Source of the DNA: an uncultured Trueperaceae bacterium
GTDB taxonomy: Bacteria > Deinococcota > Deinococci > Deinococcales > Trueperaceae
NCBI GenBank assembly: GCA_963799485.1
Contig: CAWCXJ010000003.1
Location: 1 to 52,597 of the forward strand
Length of the DNA stretch: 52,597 bases
Reading direction: 5' to 3'
The number at the start of each line of letters is the position of its first letter. Position 1 is the stretch's first letter. Of the stretch, positions 10,294 through 18,958 are shown in pieces. A program made the translations under genes and the position numbers. Under the pieces are notes generated by a model. It had not been told where the DNA came from and did not search any database. It saw only the letters and a list, made by a program, of their open reading frames with translations.

Positions 10294-10528
10294 CGGCGGC
10301 GCACGGCCCGGAACGGGCGGGGAACGTGTTGGAGCGGGGCGCAAACCGAAAGGCAAGCGCCCCCTTGTTCTGTTTCAAGTGAAAACGGATGAGCGTGTCA
10401 AGGCGGCATTCGAGTTGGCCTACAAAGAAGCCAACGACGAGCTTACCAAAGGCGAGTTTCTGGAACTCGTTTTGAGAAACTCGCCTGTTCTAAAAAAGGC
10501 TTTTATTACACTCTCCGAGCCTTATTAA
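10286..10528 (+). CDS. Small DNA-binding regulator (GGxRxGAGR plus ribbon-helix-helix-like), Aca-like position
   Basis: GGARPGTGGERVGAGRKPK then a beta-strand and two helices; last gene of operon. Confidence 0.65.
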   Translation: MPSGGARPGTGGERVGAGRKPKGKRPLVLFQVKTDERVKAAFELAYKEANDELTKGEFLELVLRNSPVLKKAFITLSEPY

Positions 10529-11162
10529 TAGATTCCTCTAACGACAACTTACGGCTTCTATAAAAATGCGCGAAACTTTTGTAGTGCAATCCAAGTTTCG
10601 CGCACAGCTCCGGCATCGCGTACGATTCTGATTCAAATTCAATACGGACACTACAGCGGCGGTTATTTTGTTGCTGAGCAATTGTCGCCCATCTGACGTT
10701 ACCCGGTTCATAATTTCCGTTGTTGTCAATTCGGTCAAGCGAATGTTTGGAACTAGGTCGTTTTCCTACATCAGCGAAAAAAGCCTCAAATGAATTGGCC
10801 CACCTTTCACAAACTTTAATACCCCTATCTGCATATCTTTCGCTAAAGCGGTAATAAGGGGTACACCGTTGCTTCATTGCTATCCAAGCATTGTGTTCCG
10901 GCGTTCGGTTCAAACCATGAGAAGTAGCCCTTTCTTTTCTTAACCGCTGGTTTTCGCAACCACAACTTATTGTGTGACCACAAGTAAAATTGTTACTGTC
11001 CAACTCGACTAAATTTCCACAAGCACAGATGCAAAGCCACCACATGCAGCGGCTGGCATGATTCGTCCGTTTGCCAAGTAGCGTTAAAACAGTAAGTTTG
11101 CCGAAAGTTTTGCCGGTCAAGTCTTTGACTTTACCTAAACTTTTAGGTGGGGTATATTCCAT
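10506..11162 (-). CDS. HNH-type homing endonuclease 1
   Basis: DLTGKTFGKLTV, WLCICACG, SCGC, RYADRGIKVCERW, SLDRIDNNGNYEPGNVRWAT; AT-rich; GGGAGG RBS. Confidence 0.9.
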   Translation of the reverse strand: MEYTPPKSLGKVKDLTGKTFGKLTVLTLLGKRTNHASRCMWWLCICACGNLVELDSNNFTCGHTISCGCENQRLRKERATSHGLNRTPEHNAWIAMKQRCTPYYRFSERYADRGIKVCERWANSFEAFFADVGKRPSSKHSLDRIDNNGNYEPGNVRWATIAQQQNNRRCSVRIEFESESYAMPELCAKLGLHYKSFAHFYRSRKLSLEESINKARRV

Positions 11163-11230
11163 TTGCAGACCTCCCAGTCTGTCGCGCCACGGCAGTGATT
11201 GCGTCACTGAGTCCGTGGCTTAATTATAAC
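11130..11230. promoter_or_regulatory. Convergent promoters around two hairpins (HNH1 leader)
   Basis: Minus TATAAT 11223-11228; plus TTTACC-17-TATATT; hairpins 11166-11181 and 11186-11219. Confidence 0.55.
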
Positions 11231-11332
11231 ATTTTTAGCTTGGGACGACTGGCATAGCGAGACCGGCGGCACACAGGGAGAGTTTCTGGCGCTGGTTCTC
11301 TCCGAGTCCGAGCGCGTCAAGGGTTGGGGCGT

Positions 11333-11551
11333 CTAGGGCGCGAGAACGACCGGGAACGGGTAGCGCGCAAACACCGTCGGCCATAGCCGCTGGGCCTCGG
11401 CTATCCCCGACTCAGCCGGAAACGCCCCCAAAAATACGAACGTCGAGTGGGAGCCCAGCCTTCTGTCCATACTCCTGTCGTGCCACGCCGCCACAGTCCA
11501 GCCCTCTATGACCTGTACCCGCGCCCTCCCCTCCACCTCGGCGTCGGGCAA
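11333..11551 (-). CDS. Small phage protein or fragment
   Basis: GWTVAAWHDRSMDRR.GSHSTF; no clear RBS; in frame with 11597-11722 past its stop. Confidence 0.45.
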   Translation of the reverse strand: MPDAEVEGRARVQVIEGWTVAAWHDRSMDRRLGSHSTFVFLGAFPAESGIAEAQRLWPTVFARYPFPVVLAP

Positions 11552-11596
11552 AAAGCCGCCGTGAAGCGGGCGCGGCGATTTGTCGGGACGGGGCGG

Positions 11597-11722
11597 TTAA
11601 ATTCTCAGCAGTCCTCGTGGCCTCACGGCGATACGCACGACCGGCGCGGCCTGGGGCAGCGTTACGGCGACGGTATCGGTGTTGGCGTCCTCCCAGAGTT
11701 TGTTCAGTTCTGTGTCTGTCAT
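11597..11722 (-). pseudogene. 41-aa orphan N-terminus homologous to the start of 6792-8606
   Basis: MTDTELNKLW... vs MTEAELNQEW...; 10/26 identical, ungapped; GGAGG RBS. Confidence 0.6.
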
Positions 11723-11782
11723 AGTGCCTCCAAAAAAACATCCCGCGCGAGCGGGCTAGAGGGCGTCTGTTTTCAGGGGGTG

Positions 11783-12130
11783 TCAATCAACCCCCGGCGC
11801 AATGCCTTTACCTGTCAGGTAGCTGTACGCGCCTTCAAAGCCCCCCGGCGTGTCGTTTGTCGGGTTCGTCAGAAAGCCGTGCCCGGTCATGAGGATGTCG
11901 AGTAATGCGTTGTAGGCTTTAAGCTCGCCGACAAGTTCACTGGTCGGGTCTAAAAACTGCTGACGCCACGACAGGGTTTTGACTTTTACGAGGTACGCTT
12001 CCGTCCGCGCAATCGTCTCTTTTTGCAGCGCGTCTACAAGCACGCGGGTGTTCACACTCTTAAATGCGGGGTTGATCGGCACAACGCCTCCTAAAATGTC
12101 CGTAATGAGCTGTGGGCTGAGTTTGGTCAT
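11783..12130 (-). CDS. Hypothetical tail-region protein
   Basis: GAGG RBS; co-oriented with tail genes. Confidence 0.6.
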   Translation of the reverse strand: MTKLSPQLITDILGGVVPINPAFKSVNTRVLVDALQKETIARTEAYLVKVKTLSWRQQFLDPTSELVGELKAYNALLDILMTGHGFLTNPTNDTPGGFEGAYSYLTGKGIAPGVD

Positions 12131-12137
12131 AGCGTCC

Positions 12138-12779
12138 TCATGCGGGCACATCGAAGGTGACCGTCAACGTAACCGTTTTAGTCGGGTCGCCCTGATACGA
12201 GAGCGTCCGGTGGTTGTTGTTGTCGCCCGCGTAGCCGTTGTTATCGGGAGGCAGCCAAAAGAGACACAGGTTGCTAATCGCCGCCGAGCCGAGCGCCCGC
12301 ACCTCTTGCGCCTGTGCGGTTACGTCCACATCATACTGACTGCCAAGCGTCCAGCTTCCCGGCGGCGTCCAGGTGTACAGCGCCGTCTTGACCCGCCCAC
12401 CGCCGACATTCGGCATGGTCAACTCCGACTTACTGCTAATCCGCGTGGGGTTTAACGCCCGTTCAAACGCCCAGCGTGACGGGTGCGGCGACGATGCCCC
12501 GCCGTCCGGGTAGATATGCGCCACAGCCGACACGATGGTGGCGTTACCCGGCAGGCTCCGCCCGTTTTCAGCTGTGAGGTAGATAAAGCTGCGGTAATTA
12601 AAGCGTGTGCTGCTGATTTGCCGCACGTAGAGATAGTTCGTTATCGCCAGACCGCCCGGACTGTCCGCGCCGTCGTAGGCATACTGCGTATCGAGCCGGT
12701 CGCCGGGGGCGAATTGCAAAGTGTCGCGCACCGTGCCGCCCGAGAGCGCCACCGCCGACGCTTTGATAGGGCGCGGCAT
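12138..12779 (-). CDS. Minor tail protein (DNRLRE/CBM-like beta fold)
   Basis: YRSFI...LPGNATIVSA...YDVDVTAQAQE pattern; TAATG coupling. Confidence 0.55.
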   Translation of the reverse strand: MPRPIKASAVALSGGTVRDTLQFAPGDRLDTQYAYDGADSPGGLAITNYLYVRQISSTRFNYRSFIYLTAENGRSLPGNATIVSAVAHIYPDGGASSPHPSRWAFERALNPTRISSKSELTMPNVGGGRVKTALYTWTPPGSWTLGSQYDVDVTAQAQEVRALGSAAISNLCLFWLPPDNNGYAGDNNNHRTLSYQGDPTKTVTLTVTFDVPA

Positions 12780-13645
12780 TAGCTGATGCGCTGCAAGGTC
12801 GCGCCGCCCCACGCACCAGCCGCTAGACCCGACACGGTTGCGCGTAAAATGCTGTTCGCTGCCATCGTCAGCGGGAACGACGCCGTGACCCACGACGCCC
12901 CGGCAGGGAGCGCGGCATACTGCCAGACGACATTAGAACCGGTCACACCGCCGTAGTAACTCGGCGCGGCGTACACCCCGGCAACGCCTGTAGGGTAGCG
13001 GTAGGCGCGGTTAGCGTCGAAGTCAAAGACCATCTCGCCGTAATTGGTAACGCCCTTCGCTTCCCACACGGCGACAGTGCCGCTCTGTCCTTGCGCAACC
13101 CCTGTCACGGTACAAAGCCACCACACCGCGTTGATCCCTGGGTTGAAGTTGAAGAAAATATCACCCTGTACACCTGAAACGGTCGGCTTGGCGGTCGCGT
13201 ACCCGCGAAACGTCCGGGGGGCCGGGAAAAACCCGAAGTTCTTGGTTGTGCCGTCGGCGTAGGTAAAAATGAGGTTCCCTACATTGTCGAGCGACACCGC
13301 GCTCAGTCCTGCCGTGTTAAGGCCGCTAACGGTGCTCGTCAGGGCGTTGAGGTCGTCACGCAACCCAGTCTGGTTCGCCTCGAGGCCCGAAAGCGACGCG
13401 TCGAAGTTGTCTACTTGCTCACGCGTCGCGTCGAACTGCCCGCGCAATACCCCGAGTTCGGCGGGATTCACAGTGTTGACCATCAAGGCAAAGTTTGCGT
13501 CAACATAGGCGAGGGCTTCATTTTGTGTACCGGGAGGAATTTTCGAGCCGCCCGAAAAAGGAATCTGCGGGATAAGCGTCACGGTTCCGGCGACGATGCG
13601 AATGATTACATCGTCGATCTGCGCCCTCAGCGCGAGACTAGGCAT
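12779..13645 (-). CDS. Tail fibre/minor tail protein
   Basis: Coiled coil, then LIFTYADGT and GDIFFN..WWLCTVTG fibre-like motifs. Confidence 0.65.
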   Translation of the reverse strand: MPSLALRAQIDDVIIRIVAGTVTLIPQIPFSGGSKIPPGTQNEALAYVDANFALMVNTVNPAELGVLRGQFDATREQVDNFDASLSGLEANQTGLRDDLNALTSTVSGLNTAGLSAVSLDNVGNLIFTYADGTTKNFGFFPAPRTFRGYATAKPTVSGVQGDIFFNFNPGINAVWWLCTVTGVAQGQSGTVAVWEAKGVTNYGEMVFDFDANRAYRYPTGVAGVYAAPSYYGGVTGSNVVWQYAALPAGASWVTASFPLTMAANSILRATVSGLAAGAWGGATLQRIS

Positions 13646-14120
13646 CGTCGATCACCACTTCAACCTCGTTTTCACGCGTCAAGCTGACCTCCATTAAAAA
13701 GGCAAAGTCGGCCCCGCTACCGGGCCGGTCGGTATCGTTTTGGTCGGTCAAGAGCAGCGTCCCGTAAAGTTTTTGACTCGGCAGCTCGAGGTCGCCGTTT
13801 GTAAAGGTCTCGGCAATGGGCTCGAGCGCCAACGACTCTTTTGCTGCGCTCAGGTTCCAGGTGATCGTTTCCTCGCCAAAAAAAGACAAGGTGATATACG
13901 CCGGGGTCGGCCCGTCGGCGGCAAAAACCCCGATATGCCGCTCGCTGGTAAGTTCGCCAATAACCGGGCCGTTGAGGTACTCCCGGATTTGCATCCGAGC
14001 GTTGTCGGAAGGCAGCCAGCCCACCGCCAGCGGACTGCCTGTGTCGGCGTCTTCGGCGGTCAAGACAATCACCTCATCGCGCCCTTGCTTTAAGGGCAGG
14101 TAGTTTGCCAGTTGTGACAT
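13638..14120 (-). CDS. Baseplate/tail adaptor (LtfC/BppU-like)
   Basis: LKQG...ARMQIRE pattern; GGAGG RBS. Confidence 0.55.
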   Translation of the reverse strand: MSQLANYLPLKQGRDEVIVLTAEDADTGSPLAVGWLPSDNARMQIREYLNGPVIGELTSERHIGVFAADGPTPAYITLSFFGEETITWNLSAAKESLALEPIAETFTNGDLELPSQKLYGTLLLTDQNDTDRPGSGADFAFLMEVSLTRENEVEVVIDDA

Positions 14121-14127
14121 AAGCCTC

Positions 14128-16959
14128 CTAGATATTCTTCGGGTCGACGCCGAAACGCCGCGAGGTAATAAAGTCGATCACCTGCCGCTTGCACCAGTTA
14201 TCATCATTTTTCGTAACGGTCTGCCCGCGCAGGGGCGTGTAGTTCAGATAGATTTTGGCGATTTCGTAATAGCGCTTCAGGTTTTCCTTGTCCGGCGTCG
14301 GGTCGAACGCCACGAGTTCAAAGCCCTGCGTCTCACGAAAACGGTTTTGCAGCGAAGCAAGTGAGTCCGCCTGGTCTACCGGCGTCACCGCCGCTTGCGT
14401 CGTCACGTACTCGTAAAACTTGGTGCTCGGTTGGGTGAGCTTGAGGCCAGCGGGCCACGGTGAGCTGTAGGGGATGTCGGAACCGTCCGTAAACTTGTTG
14501 CCCGGCCCGGCAATGCGGGTTGAGAGCCTGGTGTTGCTGATCCAGCCGACTTGAGAGAAGTTGTTGGCGAGCGCCTCGGCCAGGCGTCTCATACCCGGTG
14601 CACCTAAAAGCGTCATGACGTTGATACAGTGATACAGGTCAGCCGAGTAGCGCGCAAACCAGCCGCCGTTGGTATAGGCCGCCGTCTGTGACTTACTACG
14701 CCACGACATCTGCGGTTTGGCGAGGTGATGTCCGAACATCGCCGTTTCCTTACCGTTGGGTGTAGGGGCGTAATTGATTGAAAGTTCAATCCACGAAAGC
14801 CGTTTACGGTAAGAGTTTTCCCAAAACACCGCGCGCGGGCTTGCCGGGCCTTCACGTAGCCGCGCCCACTCCCAGCCCATAAAGTCCAGGTAAAGGTGCT
14901 GAATGAAGTCATGGGCGATGTCCTCCTTCCAGTCGATCATCCCGTCCCGGAAGCGGCCCAAGCCCTTGAAGTCGGGTTCGACCGAGTTATTCGCCCGGTA
15001 GCGGTAAAACGCCAGGTATTTGTAAAACCAGTCGTAACCCCAGTCGCACAGCGAGGCAACCGACTCTTTACCCGCACCACGGTTGTAATTCCGGTTCTGG
15101 TCTAAGACCATCAGGAGCGCCACATACCCCGACAGGCGCGGCGTCAGGTCGTGCGGGTTACAGTCGGCTCCCGAGGCGGTCTTGCCCTCCTGGGTCGCGG
15201 CGGTCGTCTTGCGGACAAACAGCGGTTTCGGCATCGTCAGCCACGAGGTCTGAAAGGTCGTGCCGTCGTCGTTTTCGACCGTGACGAGTTTGTCGTAGTA
15301 CGCCTCCTGCTCGAGCGCCAGCAAGTACCGTCCTTTACCTTCGGGGTAATACTTGGACGGCGGCGGCGTGCCCTGCCCGAGCGCACGCATGGCGTTGATA
15401 TTGAGTTCAATGCGATCTGCCATGATGCCGATAAGTTCGGGCGCTTTCGTCTGGGTGTAGAGCGCCAGCAAAAAGTTCATGACAGCGGTATTAGGTCGCC
15501 CCGCCGTGTTTGCGTTCGCGTCGTTCCAGTAGGGGTTCGACGCGCCGTGAACGTAGACCTTGCCGGTGTCCAGAAAGCCCAGCGCCCCGTCGATGGCCCG
15601 CCGGTACAGGTCGCTTTGCCCGTTGACGAGCGCCGATTCCCGAAAGTTCGGGTCATAGCTGTAGCTGTTGACGGTGACGCTACCCGTGACCGTGACCGTC
15701 GCCTGCGCCGTGACCGTCCCGTTGCTGTTCGTCGCCTTGAGGATGTACGTCGTGTCGCTGTAGGGCGTCCGTTTGACGCTGCCCGATGTGACCGGCGAGA
15801 GGGCTACCCCGTCGCCGTCGGTGAGGCTCGTAGCCCCCGCCACGTTCCACGCGAGGGTGATTTCACCCCCCGCTGTGACGTTCGCAGGTAGGGCCGTAAA
15901 GCTGTTGATGACGGGCGTCCCGGCGCTCCCGGCAGGGCTGAGCGTGATGACACTTTCAAAAGTGTTCCCGCCGACTGCCTGCGCCCGGATGATGGCGGTA
16001 CTCGTGGCGCTGATGCTGCCCGGTGGGGTGTAGATGACGTTTAGGCCGTCCAGCGTCAACGTACCCGGCCCGGTGAGCGTCCAGACCGGGTTGGCTTCGC
16101 TGTTCTCGAGCGTCGCTCTGAACGTAGTCGCCGCGTCGCCCGCCCGGATAAACGCCGTTGCGGGTTGCACGGTAATCGTCGGGTGACGGTACGTGCCGAC
16201 CAAGATGCTTGCCGCGTCCTGCGCTTCGCTGGTGAGCAAGGTACGGGCAACGAGGGCAAACCCGACACTGCGGGCCTCTAAAAACTTCTCAGCGCCCCTC
16301 GGCGTCCGGTTGCCCGCTGTGCCCTGCAAGCCCCGGTACGCGCCGCCCAAGGCCATACAGAGCTTGCCTGTCCAGCTGTAGGTGTTCAGCGTCACGGTGA
16401 CGGCGGTGAGGCTGCCCAGGTGCATCAGGGTGAGCTGTTTGCTGTCCGGGCTGACTTTGAGCCAGAAACTATGCACGCCGCCTAAGCCGAGCCCTGCCGG
16501 GAGTTTCGCCGTCACCCCGCCCGACACACCTTTGTCGAACGCATTTAGGACAAGTGAGCGCTGCCCTACCGGGTCGGCGGAGAGGGTGAGCTTGGCGTAG
16601 GCGTCCAGGTCGTCCTCAGCGCCGACGCTAAAGAGCGCGAGCGAACTGTCCCCTGTACCCGGCCCCGCGTCGATAAGCGTGAACACCACGTCGAACGCTT
16701 TGGAGGCGTCCGTACCCGTCAGGTAGGGTGTGCGGATAAGGGTGCCGCCGAACGTGGTCAGCGTCCCGTCGGCGCTGGTCGTACCGGTGCCGAAGTTCAA
16801 AAGTTGCCCACTCGTATAGGGCTGGTCGTTTTGGTTAGGTGTTGGTAAATCGGCGCGGTAGACTGCAACCGTGCCTATCGGCAACTCAAGAGAAGGCCCC
16901 GTCAACCGGGACGGGGCGACATACTGCGCGAAATACGCGGCTTGACTGTCTAAAGACAT
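14128..16959 (-). CDS. Large tail protein: beta-sandwich/Ig-like domains plus C-terminal helical domain
   Basis: PVINSFTA...TLAWNV..TTYILKATN Ig-like repeat; GGAGG RBS. Confidence 0.7.
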   Translation of the reverse strand: MSLDSQAAYFAQYVAPSRLTGPSLELPIGTVAVYRADLPTPNQNDQPYTSGQLLNFGTGTTSADGTLTTFGGTLIRTPYLTGTDASKAFDVVFTLIDAGPGTGDSSLALFSVGAEDDLDAYAKLTLSADPVGQRSLVLNAFDKGVSGGVTAKLPAGLGLGGVHSFWLKVSPDSKQLTLMHLGSLTAVTVTLNTYSWTGKLCMALGGAYRGLQGTAGNRTPRGAEKFLEARSVGFALVARTLLTSEAQDAASILVGTYRHPTITVQPATAFIRAGDAATTFRATLENSEANPVWTLTGPGTLTLDGLNVIYTPPGSISATSTAIIRAQAVGGNTFESVITLSPAGSAGTPVINSFTALPANVTAGGEITLAWNVAGATSLTDGDGVALSPVTSGSVKRTPYSDTTYILKATNSNGTVTAQATVTVTGSVTVNSYSYDPNFRESALVNGQSDLYRRAIDGALGFLDTGKVYVHGASNPYWNDANANTAGRPNTAVMNFLLALYTQTKAPELIGIMADRIELNINAMRALGQGTPPPSKYYPEGKGRYLLALEQEAYYDKLVTVENDDGTTFQTSWLTMPKPLFVRKTTAATQEGKTASGADCNPHDLTPRLSGYVALLMVLDQNRNYNRGAGKESVASLCDWGYDWFYKYLAFYRYRANNSVEPDFKGLGRFRDGMIDWKEDIAHDFIQHLYLDFMGWEWARLREGPASPRAVFWENSYRKRLSWIELSINYAPTPNGKETAMFGHHLAKPQMSWRSKSQTAAYTNGGWFARYSADLYHCINVMTLLGAPGMRRLAEALANNFSQVGWISNTRLSTRIAGPGNKFTDGSDIPYSSPWPAGLKLTQPSTKFYEYVTTQAAVTPVDQADSLASLQNRFRETQGFELVAFDPTPDKENLKRYYEIAKIYLNYTPLRGQTVTKNDDNWCKRQVIDFITSRRFGVDPKNI

Positions 16960-16969
16960 AAACCTCCCC

Positions 16970-18958
16970 TCATGTCACGATTCCCGTCTGCACGCTCCCC
17001 ACGAGCGCCGTCCCTGCCGAAAGCCCCTGCACGGTGCCGTCTGCGAGTTTGGTGCCGAACAGGTTTAAGCGTCCCGACCCCGACAGGCCGGGGTTTCTAA
17101 ACACCGCTGTCTGGTCTAGCGTCGGATTTTCTAGCGTAAAGTTGCCGTCGGCGTCGCACTTGACCGAGAGGTGCATGACGCCCGCCTGGATACTCAGCGA
17201 GGCGTCGGTAGCGCTCACCGTTTGTGAGGTCGTCCCCTTACTGACACGTAAGCGCAGACCGGACGTTGCCACGTAAATCTGCCAGAAGTCCCACTTATTG
17301 CTCTGGCTCGAGCCTGAAAAAAGGATACTCAGCAAGGGCAGTTTATCCACGTCCCAGAACGCCCACGACACGGTGTAGTCACTCGCCATATTGAAGGCGT
17401 TGTCTACCGTGACGATAGAGGGGCCGTAGGGTGCGATGTTCGAGCCGTCGCCGACAACAGCGTCCCAACCGTTTGAGAAGCGGGCAAGGCCGTTTAAGAC
17501 TAAATCGCCCGCAGCGCCCGCGCTCCCGGTGTTGGCTTTCATGGTGTTTAGAGACTTGTTTACCGGGTCGTACAGCCGCCATTCGTGCGTGGTGTTCGGC
17601 GGCAAAGCGGGCAGTTCACTAAATGTGCGGAGGTCTAAGACGGTGGTGCTGCGGAGCCCTGAAACGGTTGTGGCGGTCAGCGTGACGCTGTGGTCGCCGA
17701 GCGTCAGCCCTTCTTCAGCGAGGAGCGTCAGTTTGAATATGTCGGTGGTGAAGTCCGAATCGACGACCTCGACGAGACTCGAGGCGCGTAGGGAGATATT
17801 GTCCGGCGTCGCGGTGAGCTTGATTGCTTCAGTCAGCCCGCCCGTGCGAAGGACGGTCACGAGGATTTCTTTAGGCGTGTCGATGACGATTTGGGCGCTT
17901 GCGGGTTTGAGTAGCTCGAGGCCGGGTTTGACCGGCGTCGGGGTAAAACTGCCGATGGCGGAGAGGTGCCGGTACCACGCGCCTAGTCCGTCGTTGAGTT
18001 CAGGCCACGTCAGCACCCGCTGTGTCAGAAAGGGTACACCGGACGCACCCAGACGCGGCGCACCGGGCATGAACGCGCCCTCTATCCCGCCGACGCCGCT
18101 GATATAGCCGAGACTCAGGTCGCGTTCGCTAAACGCCGGAATGTTGCCGACCGCGACCGTCCCGTGTTCCACAAGCCCGTCGGCGGCGTAGCTGTAAAAC
18201 CGCGCTTGCCGGTTCTCCTGCCACGTGAGCGCAAACAGCCGCAACACCTGCGTTGTCCCGAGTAGTGAGGTCTGCTGCCCAAACGCGTGCGCGTAGAACG
18301 TCCCGAGGCTGTAGAAAATCCCGGCAGAGGCCGCGTTCGCCTGTCCCTGCGCGCTAATCGTCGCGCCTACCGAGGCGACGCTGTAGAGCGCCGGTTCGTT
18401 GCAAAACACGCCGACGCAAAGCGAGCCTTCGGGCATCCGGGCCGGGGTCAGGAACGCGTGCAGGGCGCTACTGTCAACCGTGTTGACAATCGGTGCGGCG
18501 GCGCTCGACTTGAGCGCATACGGCACTTTGCCCGTCACCCGGTCGAGTAGGGGGTGCTGCCAGCGCGGGCCGGTCGGGTAGACGGTCGCCTCTAAAGTGT
18601 TCCGGGTCGCGCTTTGCACCGCGCCGCGTGTCACCGGCAGCATCAGCCCGTCGGGTCGCCACACTTCAGCGGCGTAGAGCAGAGCGTCCTCTATCCCCTC
18701 AACCCGGCGTTTGACGCTACGCCCTACCCGGTCGTCTATCACAAGGTTGAAATCTTTGCTCGCGGGTTCCGGGTCGCTAAACGCCGACGCCGGAAGCCAT
18801 GTACCGGGGCCAAAGCCGACCATCGAAGTCTCGAGGCTCCCCACTGTGTACTCGGGTTCGTCCATCGCCACGTTGTAGACCGTGCCGCCGACGGTGACAA
18901 TGGCGTGGTCTTCAATATCGGGTGGGCGGTAGACGCGGAGTTTGCTGAGGTCAATCAT
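16970..18958 (-). CDS. Tail tip protein with lectin/LamG-like modules
   Basis: Second gene after the tape measure; beta-rich modules. Confidence 0.6.
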   Translation of the reverse strand: MIDLSKLRVYRPPDIEDHAIVTVGGTVYNVAMDEPEYTVGSLETSMVGFGPGTWLPASAFSDPEPASKDFNLVIDDRVGRSVKRRVEGIEDALLYAAEVWRPDGLMLPVTRGAVQSATRNTLEATVYPTGPRWQHPLLDRVTGKVPYALKSSAAAPIVNTVDSSALHAFLTPARMPEGSLCVGVFCNEPALYSVASVGATISAQGQANAASAGIFYSLGTFYAHAFGQQTSLLGTTQVLRLFALTWQENRQARFYSYAADGLVEHGTVAVGNIPAFSERDLSLGYISGVGGIEGAFMPGAPRLGASGVPFLTQRVLTWPELNDGLGAWYRHLSAIGSFTPTPVKPGLELLKPASAQIVIDTPKEILVTVLRTGGLTEAIKLTATPDNISLRASSLVEVVDSDFTTDIFKLTLLAEEGLTLGDHSVTLTATTVSGLRSTTVLDLRTFSELPALPPNTTHEWRLYDPVNKSLNTMKANTGSAGAAGDLVLNGLARFSNGWDAVVGDGSNIAPYGPSIVTVDNAFNMASDYTVSWAFWDVDKLPLLSILFSGSSQSNKWDFWQIYVATSGLRLRVSKGTTSQTVSATDASLSIQAGVMHLSVKCDADGNFTLENPTLDQTAVFRNPGLSGSGRLNLFGTKLADGTVQGLSAGTALVGSVQTGIVT

